From positions 26,454,299 to 26,518,298 of the forward strand of contig NC_134025.1 in assembly GCF_964204645.1 (NCBI RefSeq): a DNA stretch of 64,000 nucleotides, written 5' to 3'. Below, piece after piece: positions 52,455 through 64,000 of this stretch. The first letter of the stretch is position 1. Each line of letters begins with the position of its first letter. The stretch is from Tubulanus polymorphus. Its lineage: Eukaryota; Animalia; Nemertea. The notes under the pieces were generated by a model that made no database searches, was not told the origin of the DNA, and was given only the letters and a program-made list of their open reading frames with translations. Made by a program: the position numbers and the translations under genes.

Positions 52455-53299
52455 GGCCAATCTAGAAAGGGAAGAATAATTTTCCTTTTTAAGAGTAATT
52501 TCCGAGTCTCGCCAGCATTTTTGGAACGATTCAATTTGAATTCGTCGGATGTATTCTTTCTGTTTCATGTCTTACAGTCGTCGAATTACGACTCCACTTA
52601 CCATTTTTCGAAGAAACAAGTCAAGGAAATAATGCTAACGCCAAACCTTCAGAATCTAAACAATAACTGTTTCTAGACCTTGAACATCAGATTTAATTGT
52701 GTTGACAGCAGCAAAAACAGCCTTTATTGTTGTAGGCTATTTATATCGCTGTACAGAATCAAGAAAAGCGAAAAGCAGAGAGAGAGAGAGAGTATGTCGA
52801 TGTGATACGGCTCTTCTTACAAACATGGGGAATATGAATAGTATCGTGGAAAAATTACGAAATCTGAAACCGAAGAAGAATCGTCACACTGCTAGGGTGT
52901 TTACTGTCGTTCCAGCAAATTCTGATCATACGAAACCCGAACACGTTTTGACACTTCCAAAGATGATCATCGGCCGAGAAGATGAATGATTTTTTTGTTT
53001 GTTATTTTCTAAACGGCATGATTTAAAGAAAAAAAACTTTTTTTGCATAATTATTTTTACGGATCACATTGTCACTTCGTTAAAACTCATGGATGCTACC
53101 TTGCCTATCGGGCAATTTCATCCAAAATCTTAGGCTCGGACGGACCTGAACGTCGAGATCGTGGCTGTTTCTCAACTAGGAAAAGAATAATGTGAGGATA
53201 TTCAATAGTTTTATTTAGATACTTAGTACATCATACGAGTTTCCCAAACGTACCGACCGTACAGTGCTGCCTTAACTAGATAAATACCTAGATACTCGA

Positions 53300-53472
53300 T
53301 AGATGGCGAAAGTGTACCATTTTCCGGGCTCGCCATTATGGCTGCTGTTTGCGATGGATTAAAATTTTACTCATTTCATGGTTATCCTGTGACCGTCTGA
53401 GTTGCGTTCGTGTTTCCAATCTAACCGTTCTCGAGTGTACTGTAAATTTTTAAGCTGATTATTTATCCAGAG
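53300..53472 (+). other. Probable non-coding 5' exon of numb
   Basis: CpG-richer segment with an AGATGGCG (YY1-like) motif, ending at strong donor GAG|GTAAGA (53472/53473); only a short ATG-initiated uORF. The 5' boundary is approximate. Confidence 0.45.
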
Positions 53473-55616
53473 GTAAGATTTGTAAGTAGGAGTGCTGAGA
53501 AAGTGATGGATTTATTTATTAAGTTGTAGGTACGTGTCGTTGTTGACGTCGTCATACTCAGTTTCATCTGAATCGCTAACGCCCGGTCGGCGGTCCATCA
53601 AATAAAACTGCCTTTCATTCTCTACCATCATCAATATCAGCTCCTTGGTATCTACTAAAACTAAAAGCAACGCATCTTATTTTCTCAATTGTTGGTTTGG
53701 TATCGAATGTTAATGTCAGATTGGGCAATGGCCGCATGCGATAGTTGTTTCTGTAAGAAGACTAAAAGTGAAGATTACATACAGTTTCAATTTGAAAAAG
53801 GGGTCATTCATTTCATAAAGTACATACACTGTTGCATTCATGGGGTAAGGGTGAAAGATTTGCTATTTCTCTGTACAGTACGCATGCAAGCTGGTGAGGG
53901 GGATTGAAAAAAACAGTAGCCCAGCCTAATGTATGGGATGAATCATTGAATGACGTCTTTGGCTGGCCAATTTTTTCTTTCTTTTCCAATTCAAAGTTCT
54001 GGTCATTATTCCATCAATCCTCTCAATCTTTTGGTTGTGCTGTAGACTATCTCAAAGTAGTCTTTCTTTGTTGATAACCGATGTAGGGGTCACATAGGCT
54101 ACAGGAACATGTTCTTTTGTCATGGTGACAATGTTGAGATCGAAAGAACTATACTCTATGCTCAATATGGAGAAGATATAAGCTGCGGCCCAAAAATTGG
54201 CAAACTGTTAACACTGAATGCCAAATGGGTCTGTGCCTATTTAACACTGGCCGAATTATGATGTAAATGTCAATGAATATTGGTTCTGGAAGTAACCTTG
54301 CTTGCCACTGCATCGTTTTGTATGCATTTCATGGTAACAAGTGAGTGATTTAGGCCTATGTGAATGCACTCTTTAATTAGGTATGGCCAAAAATTGGCCG
54401 TATGATCGCGACTAGGACAGCAGTCCCAAGCTACAAAGTTCCAGATTGGATGGTTTTAACTAATACTGAAGGGTTTCATCAATTCATAGTCCAGGCCTAG
54501 CATGTCCATCCCTATGTTAAAGTTAAAAGCCAGAACTAGGGTGACCTGTAAGGTAGATCCTGTTAAGTTTTACTCCAAGATGATGTACTACTGGTTATTG
54601 CAATTGCAACTTTGGATTAGATTAACTCAAGCCGAAGTCTGCCACCCACTTTCTGGTTCAGATTAGCCTACCAGCTGAATAAATTAATCAGCTCAGTGAT
54701 CTGAGAAAATCAGTAAAAAGTGTGCGGCGGTCTTACTCTGAAGTTCAGTGGAACTAGAGAATATCTACTATAGCTTGGTTTTTGCTACCGGCACATGAAT
54801 CTACCTTTATCTAATCAAAAATAACAAGGATATGAATATTGCCTGATATATATTTACTCATCTGTTGAATTTTTATTCATTACTTCATTCTGACACAAAT
54901 AATCAGTCATGATATATCCCGGTTTTACCAGCATTTATCTTCAGTCCTACTACACCTTCCTGTTTTATTGAAGTCACTGCTATAGTAACGCGCTGTCTAT
55001 AATCTAATAGGCCTTAATACGCCCGGCCTCCTTCGTTGGTGGTTGATTCGTTTAAACCTGTTTAGAATATATGCCATATTTGGCATTGCAGTAACAATAG
55101 ACTGAAATATTATTACACAGTACGGTATTCAAATAGGCCTACCATGACCTACACTATGTAATAAAAAGATTACATATAAGAACCGTACGGGAAATCGGAA
55201 ATGAAACCCAAATCTAAATTTTCTGCAACCATAATTTTTAATTCAATCATTATACATTTCTTTTATTTGATATCGCGAAAACATTTACAACGTGTCTTCG
55301 AGACACTTTTCAATGAATCAATAGTATAGGGCCTATACCGCTACTAAGTGGATCTGATTTTCAAGTATCCACTCGGATGTATTATTTATAACAAGGCAAT
55401 ATCAGATGAGTCCAATTATCGTTTCTAAGCTGATTTAACCGTCACATCATTAAGAATACGCCTCTGTTATCTTAAACTAGTGGTTTATTAATGTAGCAGT
55501 GCGGATCGTCCTGTCTGGGAGTATCCTGTATAATAGGAAGTGCTGTTTTTTTCTTTGAGAACGATATTAAAAGTAGTTCGTACGAGGACGTACCAGGATC
55601 AAGTGTGCTCGAAATC

Positions 55617-58600
55617 ATGGGTGATTTTGGATCTTTTAGAGGCGCTATTTTCAACCTCTTCCATCGAAAGAGGAAGAGACCAGAGCGCTCAAAGTGAGTA
55701 GGCTATAATATCGTGAACAATTTCAAATAAGTCAAGATTTCGTTTTTTGCTAATTTTTTGTATGAAGGTTTACACTTTCGGTGTGACGGATTGATGAAAT
55801 TTCTCATTGTAATGTCGTGTGAAGATATAGACTATACCATCAAAAAATAGGTTTCGTCGAAATATGAAATGCCTAGAAATGGTTCAAATTATGAATGGTT
55901 GATTCAATAGGTTTGTGTGTAATTTTTAATTTTTTTCGTTGTAAGTGGCGGGGTGATTTCTTATTGCATCATATAAATATGATATCGATTATAACAAGGA
56001 CTCAACTGATAAGAACCTTTATTTGATTAGTCTATGACCAATATGATTATCTTGGTGCCTTCAGATATTTATTTGGCCCAGTAATGTTGTTTGTAATACT
56101 ACATAGGGATTAGATTAAGTTTTATATGATTCACTCTGGCGTTTTTTTCCCCATCCAACACGGTGATGTAAAGTCTCTAAGGCCTATTCATTAATTAGTT
56201 TCATCATTGTCCCTTCGTCTACCTGCTGGATATGTCTTAACGTTATTTGAGATATTCGAGAGACTGGTATCTATGTAATGATAATGTTGGAAATGTCATC
56301 TGGTTTTGACTGTCTAAACGAAACTATGTATTATAGTGGAGGTAAACACTAAGTTTTGGTGCATGTTAATTAATGCACAGTGTTCACATAGCTTTATAAT
56401 TTCTATTGTCTGGTCAACAGTGACCAGTGGGGGTTGCCCTTTAATCCCTGTGTATTGATCTAATGATCAATTGCTGATCAGGAATGCGTGACCTATATCG
56501 TTTGTTGTACATAGAACTTTAGATGTCCCTGTCTATAATATGGTATGACAACCACCTGACCCTACACCTATATACACATACTAGGCGCAGTTGAAAGTGG
56601 AATAACTTTATGAATCCAAGCTTTATAAAATTCAGTTCTTTAAACAGGATTAATTTTTAAAAAGTAATCATGCCATTGTTTGGCCAACGGTCCAAGTAAG
56701 TAGTTCCATGTCCCAGTTATCGCATTCAAAGATTAAACTATATTACCAGCTCATATTCTAACGACAGACTACAATTTCAATCTGTTTAAAAATGGCTGAC
56801 ATGTCTCTGCCTGTTTGACCTTTCAAACCAACACATTTTTAATTAGACGCTTGTTTATATTGAATATCGATATAGATTATTTGAATTTTTTAAGGCGGAT
56901 ATTTAGAAGAAGCAATTTGTGATTTAGTTGATCATTGCCAGGTGGTTATGACTTCCATAAGCGCTAAACTCCTGTTTTTGTCTGAAACTTGTGCCGAAAT
57001 GCTCGATGGTTCGAAGTAGTTGAAATCAAACATATTAAGCTTACTTGCTTGTTACACTCCAGTCATCTTAATGGTAAAACCTATCTCAGTTGTTAGCGTA
57101 TATTGTTAGCTCCCAGGTTTCTTTGCTGTATGCATAATTTTGCATATTACCAGCCACTACTAGATGCTCTTAAGCAAACAGAACAATTACATGTTATTTC
57201 TAAAAATTATTTACATATATATTAAGCGATAAGTTAGCAGTACTAGTCTATACTGACATAACAGATGATCTCCTATTGGCTACAGTGTGAAATCGATAAG
57301 CTCCGTACATTGAATCCTAGCAGCAGTTTTATCTCGTAGTTTGCTATGACTGTGATCTACAGGTGTTAGTCATCAAATGGGCGTATTTTGTCCTCTCGGT
57401 GGCTCACTAACTGATTGTCACATAGGCAAATCTTTTGTCGTTATTGTCTCTTGATATAGGGTGAATCATACTTGATGTGTTGGCGCTATAGTTCTCGCTA
57501 GATTATGCGGATGAGAATCAGGAAGGCAGTTTTGGATTACTTGTACATGGATAATGCCTGTATTTACTTCTGTTCCTACCACTTTCAGTGATAGAATTTC
57601 TGACTCTGATAAAAGGTATGGAGCTAAGAGCATGTTTAGTGAAGTATACTAGTGCTACTGTATATGCTGAGAAGTATTTCAGTGAATATCAAATGTCTTA
57701 CTGCTTACATCGAAGGGAAACAGTTTGTTGATTGTTAGTTATTAGCCAACAGTGCTTCTTTCTTTCGATGTTTCAAACTCGCGCTCTGCCCGTAATGATT
57801 TAAATCTTCCCTCACGATGAAAAGGTTATCTATCCGATATTGGTTGAGAATTGATGTTATCGGTGTGTAATCTACTACTGTCAAATTAGCTGTAAATATC
57901 AGTGTGGTAAATTACCTATTTACTGTTATTAGGGTAACGCTAGTATGGGTGCCAATGATACGAAATTAACATCATCCCATTAGTGACCTCAAACTAGTGC
58001 AGGTTCCTCATATAAACATGGTATGATGCCCTAATGTGACGATGATTTAAGTTAAAGCAGCTAATGGTAAGAACGTTTAATTAGTTGACACTTTAGATTT
58101 CTAAGCTTTTCTGTAGGTCTAGTTCTTGTAGGATTCAGTACCAGTATATTAAGTGTATTTTATTTAACGTCCTGAGGTAAAGACTTATAGCCTTTATTAT
58201 TTCACGTCAGCTTGACTCATAGAATGAAATAATATCATAAGAATGAACTCATGTATTCTTAGAATTCCTTGAACACCTCGGCCTAATTTCCGCTATGAAA
58301 ATACTTCACAAGTACTGAAGAATACGTTTTGAGAGATTGAATGGTGATATTGAATACTAGAGTTTCATGAAATTGTATCGTTTACGTCCAAACAGTGACG
58401 AAGTTCGGTAAAATATGGGAAGGCGTTCTTTATTATGTGACGAGAACAACCAATGAAAACTGGTAATTATCATTATCAATCGATTAAAAATGTGGAATTT
58501 GATTGAGTTAGATAAAAAAATTTGGAATGTCGTAGGAATGAAATTTCATACTCAATGTGAGAATACATTGGCTTCCACACCATATGTTCGGTTAACATCT

Positions 58601-61600
58601 ATTGAAAACAGTGTCCCTGGAATATGAAGAGCGATTTCTCTATCATATGTTCTAAATGGATTCATAAATGTATTATGAGAAATATGTAGTACTGTCAATG
58701 TGTACATTACCATTAGATTTTGATATAGCGGCCATACATATTTACCAAGGGGATTTGAATGAAGTCATAGTTTATATAGGATGGTGAGGGTGAAAGTACG
58801 CAATCAGGAGTAATCAAGAAATTGATTTATTAAAGGATATCTGTCGACCTTTCATCCGATTGATTATATCAGGATATTTATCGGGTGAACTATTTTGATT
58901 TATGTATGATGGGTGTTTCTTTGTGGCCGTTCGGTAAATCCAAAGACAAATACAATTCGGATGCTGTCGGCGCTACTATTTATGCCCACCATAAATATAT
59001 CCCCAGTCCGTTTCCGCGGTGAGTAGATTATAATATGAGAAACATCGAAATGAATATATGAATAATTTATTGAACGGTTTATGAGTTTTAAGTTGAGTTT
59101 CAATGGGATTATATTCGGTAGTAATGTGTATTAGTTATATGTCTGGTTTCGTTATCGTTTCCATTAATTTGAGAGGTGGTTAAGTAAAATGGTAGGTAGA
59201 AAATAGATAACCTCGGTGATCAATGATCATTAACTTAACTGATAATATATAGTACTCTTCATATCAACCGATGTAGGGGTGTCTCGTCGTTGATCTCAAC
59301 AGCGATGTTTGCCAAAGCATGAATTAATCTATCGAATCGAATGTCTTTGCAGGTCTTTTAGAAGATCTCACTCCATGAGGATGGAGAAATTCAAACGGAC
59401 TTTTAGTTTTAAGAAGAAAAAAGATCACGTTCCCGAATGCAGCAAGCCACATCAGTGGCAAGAAGATGAGAAGAAAGTCAGAGAGGGAACTTGTAGTTTT
59501 CAAGTCCGGGTAAGATCGGGGATATGTTTTCTGTTCAAGGTTACAGCTCAGTTCTGTGTCATTATTGAACTAAGTATGATCCAAGCGCTGCATTTTATAG
59601 AATCTACTGAGGTGCTCGACAGAGATATTTATCGATGGTAAAAATGGATAGGCCTTTGTGGATACGTTTCTTCTTTGTTGAAATCATCAAATTCATTACA
59701 TGTATATCGAAAATCATTTCATTCACTGTGTGGAGCTCTATGCATTGTGTATTAGTGATAGCGAAATAAGATTAGATACTAAGTCTAAAAAAGTGTTATT
59801 GGTTGATGTCCTGATTAATATCACGATTATGACTTGCTCTGATTGTAGATTTGTTTTGTATTTTCAGTATCTCGGTTGTATTGAAGTATTCGAGTCGAGA
59901 GGTATGCAAGTATGTGAAGAGGCAGTTAAAGCCCTGAAACAGGTGAGAATTTAGAATCCTAACCGATTTACCACAAAAATAATTATCACAGAATGAGGTG
60001 GTTTATAGAGATTGTTGAGAACATTTACGCAAGAAATCCACAGCAAATTGTAGTGGCCTGAAATATGACCAGGAGTATTTTTCGTGGGTTGTTGCCTTCT
60101 GAAGTGTCTTCAGTATGTTTGTAAGTGTTATGGTATAGTAGGGATATAGTGTTGAGCTCGGGTAGAACAAACAGTCTCAAGTTCTGTTTGTTTCATCAGT
60201 GTTTACAGAGCAATGTCTTAAGTTTTGCCATTATTTTCTTCTAGCAATGCAAGGGTAAATACCAACGAGCTATCTTGTATGTATCGGGCGACGCACTGAG
60301 GGTTGTCGATGAAATAAGCAAGGTAAGATGAATTACTAGGTGCAGCTATTATATTTATTTCGCTTGAAGACATAAATGCGTCATTATTAAAAAGTTCTCT
60401 CTGCTAATTCCTTATGGGAATTGAGTATATTGCGGAGCTACTGAGGGACAGCAATGCTGATCGGTGGTCTTCACTTATGATTCCTTTTCAATTATAAGTA
60501 ATGAAGCTGATATTGCCAAATAACCTCACAAGTCAGGCCACCGGTCGAGTATTGAGTATGGATCAGTCTATATGACATGACATCGGATAATCGATATGTA
60601 CAGTAGTAAGAGACAAGTAATCAATAATTTGATGCGGTCTATGGATTTAAATACTTATCCTTGTCTTGAAATCTTTAGCAAGAAAATCCGCTCCGAATGG
60701 AATTCAATTAATTCTTTGAAAAATAAGTCTCCAAGTCTTTCATCCTGCAAGTACATAATTCTGTAATTGAGAATGTCTAGGCTATATGGAGCGTGTTAGT
60801 TAGTAGTGAATAGATAACTGAAATTCAGTTGTTGAAAGAGAGTGACCGTAATGGCGTGCGCTAAGTATTTAAGCGATATCTTTCAAATAATCAATGCTCC
60901 ATTGGTCGTGATGTTTAGTGGCTAAGCCTGACATGCGGCGATTGTCCTTTCAGTAAATCCATCCAGTTCTGTAATAAGCATCCAAGTGTCAAAAACCCAT
61001 TGCTTTAATGAGCAGTGCTAAGTGCAGACATAAACATACTAATGGATTTGAATATTCACACACTTCTAACCCATGACTAAATCTCATCTAATGATGTATC
61101 ACATTTCCCTTATCGCTTCCTGTATGAGAGCTGGCACCCGTTTTTTTTTTTCAGTCTGATCATGTGAATACCGATGAATATATACAAAAATCTCTTAGAT
61201 CTTTGTCTTCAATATATGCTCTATCGATGTATCAAAATTTATGAAATTTCTTCTTTAGGGTTTGATTGTCGATCAGACAATTGAAAAGGTTTCTTTCTGC
61301 GCGCCGGACAGAAATAATGAGAAAGGATTTGCGTATATATGCCGTGATGGAACGACTCGTAGATGGATGTGCCATGGGTTTTTGGCCTTGAAAGAATCCG
61401 TAAGTGTTAGTATTGATTTATTATTTCTTGGGTGGTGGTCACATTGTGAAAGTTAATTCCGCGTATTTCCCGTCACACATTTCTCCTATCTGTCTCTGGA
61501 TATTTGCGTGTTTTTTCGATGTACTGTATCGATGTACCCAATCACGTTTCTCTTTATCCCTTCACGGCTGACGTCTCAGTGTTGAATATTCATCTGGTGG

Positions 61601-61780
61601 TTAGAGAATATATTGAAAATATGGAAGCAGCTGGATTTGGTTTGAGAGTAATACCGAAACCTCAAAAAGAATCCTGTTTATAAAACCTACATAAACGAGA
61701 ATTTTTCTTGTGTCTAAAAGTTTTGTTTCGTTGAATTACTCCGAATTGAGGATGTGATGCAGGATATAATTGGATTTTGT

Positions 61781-61840
<60 letters not shown>

Positions 61841-63766
61841 CGAACGTGTTTTGAATGTAATTGCGCGAATGCTAGTATAGTTTTCAATGTATGTCCCAGC
61901 TGCGATGATTTAAATCAGAATCAAGGTTTTTCAATTGCGTGTTCTAATAGGTATTATTACAATATATCACACGCTATATCCTGATTCTTTTTATTTTTTC
62001 GTATTAAGGCAACTGTTAAAAACCTTAAGGTAAACGCGGTCCACCCACACTGTTGGTGTTAGATCGACATGTAACATAATAATACTTGCGTGGGCTGGAT
62101 AATACCTCAGGGTACGTTAATCAAGCCTGTTGATGTATCCTTTCGTTTGAAAAAAAACATGCATTATTTATTGAAAGTTAGGTTCTTCTGAGGAAAGTTG
62201 ACTTGATAATTTTTGATAAAGAGTACCTTAAATGTTTGTAATGGCATGAAGACATTTTTACTTGAAGCGACCGGTGAAACTTCACATCAAACTTTTAAGA
62301 GATTCCTCTCTCTCCCTCTTCCTCTATTTGAAATTTCACCCTTTTCTGACCTGCTCATTCCTAGTTTACATCACTAGTCATGATTTATATTCCATAAATA
62401 ATGATCAAAGTGATATTTATCGGGGGCCCTAGCTATTGGCTTGCTGGGGTTTCCTTCATTGTTTCATAATTTCAGAACGTATGCATTATTTATTGTGTAT
62501 TATATTACCTGGTATTCATATTATTAATACAAGGAAAATAAAGATTCATTCATTCAATCCAGTGTCAGGGTAGTTCGGTATCACGATCGCAGATTTCTAT
62601 TAAGCCTTGCATGAGGGTCATGTTCTTTGACATGGAAAATGTTTGCCTTTTAGGCCAGCTTTATTTGTATCCATTTAGAGATGGTTAGTAAGTTATCAAA
62701 GCCTTAAAAAGCTGTAATCTTGGTTAAAAAGGATTTTAGAATTTAAACTAGCTGCAAGTAAGATGAATAACTACTGCTAATGTCAGCTGTTGCCTTTAAG
62801 CAAATTATCCATCCCTGCGATTATAAGAAGACTGATAATGTTTGTTTTTCATCCGCCCTGTGAAGTCGTCCTTGTGGCTGAAAATTCATTTTCTAATGGC
62901 TACGCTTTTCCGTGATTAATCGAAGTTTTATGATGAATTTTGCGTTGCAGGGTGAACGTCTCAGTCACGCTGTCGGCTGTGCATTCGCAATATGCCTAGA
63001 ACGGAAACAAAAAAGGGATAAAGAATCCGGAGTGACTGTTACGTACAGCGAAGATCGGACAAGTTTTACTCGTACCGGATCTTTTCGACAGACTACAATG
63101 ACTGAACGAATTGTCGATCCACAAAGTGCTATAGTCGCAGGTATGGTCATACGATGGCTGGAAAATTCGGGGTTCTTCGGATTATTTTGTGGAAGATGCC
63201 AATTAAGCGAAAGACCGACAGCACTTCGAGCTAATTCACTAGTTGATCAGGCAACGAGTAATTTCCCTCTTACAACCGTCCAATATCTCAATACGTGAAT
63301 ACTGTGAATTCGCCTTAATTAGGGCTGATAGATGATTTTCCCAACTGAACGCAGAGTGGTTGAGTTATGAGAATGCATGAAACGTTCTCCAGGGAATAGC
63401 AGTGGTGCTGCGCTGCCGCTTGCCATTATTTTATAGCTCTACATGGTTTCATTGTATTTGACTTGTTTTAACCCTTAACTCTATCTTTGCCGCGCTATTC
63501 TTCTGATAGTAGAAATTCTTGATTTATTTCAGAACCTGTTCCGATGAAAAAAGTGGATACACCGTATGCCGTACAACGACCACATGCAACGGTTTCTATG
63601 CTACAGCGAATGGGATCATTCAGGGGCTTTTCTAAATTAAATGAGTCTTCGTCCCCTTTTAAAAGACAATTATCTCTTAGACTGAGCGACTTACCATCCA
63701 CTTTGCAAAGACAACAAGCAATGGCTTTCGATAATAATGGCAACGTGAACAGTTCGAATGGTCCAG
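55617..63766 (+). CDS. numb: Protein numb (PTB + NumbF domains), 3' end beyond the window
   Basis: Exons 55617-55693 (candidate alternative first exon), 59353-59509 (ATGs at 59375 and 59381), 59868-59942, 60245-60322, 61259-61399, 62951-63140, 63533-63766. Motifs [107 protein letters not shown]. Confidence 0.97.
61784..61838. repeat. (TA)n microsatellite in a numb intron
   Basis: About 27 TA units. Confidence 0.98.
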
Positions 63767-64000
63767 GTATGTACGCATACATATTCAATATTTACATACA
63801 CAAAGTTTATAAGGTAAATCACTGATTAGGAAGGATCATCCTGTAACTGTATCAGCATTCATCAATATAACGGTGAATTCATTTCCAAGCTTTTGATCGA
63901 GAAAGTTCATATTCGTAGCTACAACGCGTTTACCAGCTATCTAAAGTAAATGGCACCTATTATTGTCTTGAACATTGTTCATTAGAAGGATGATGAAGAG

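Noticed and set aside
60105-60120. Possible numb PTB-insert microexon (cag|TATGTTT|gtaagt)
   Set aside because: Candidate lengths of 7 or 16 nt would shift the frame; no equivalent of the vertebrate PTB insert was found.

Overview
This is eukaryotic, intron-containing, AT-rich animal DNA, most likely a marine invertebrate (spiralian-like; the taxon cannot be fixed from sequence alone). Reading GT-AG boundaries by hand gives six protein-coding genes with phase-consistent exon chains. In order: (1) a calmodulin-dependent phosphodiesterase PDE1 (+, 2398-26993) with several candidate cassette exons; (2) ZFYVE1/DFCP1 (-, 38155-33903); (3) an ANKRD61-like ankyrin protein with a full SOCS box (+, 39176-40528); (4) a PPP1R27/MYPT-type PP1-binding ankyrin protein (-, 42832-42158); (5) a peripherin-2/ROM1-family tetraspanin (-, 52454-50196); (6) numb (+, about 55617 to beyond the window end). 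The most unusual signal is the peripherin-like gene. It can splice in frame onto a 189-codon Lys/Arg/Ser-rich exon with SRSKSP(D/N)KK repeats resembling protamine-like/H1 tails, and it lacks the Cys150 oligomerisation segment of vertebrate PRPH2. Other points of note are ZFYVE1-NUMB linkage (also close neighbours on human 14q24), candidate PP1-docking and myristoylation switch exons, RFX X-box-like sites in PDE1 introns, three MITE-like elements and four (TA)n tracts. All homology calls are by recognition from memory, not database searches, and all alternative exons are predictions without transcript evidence.
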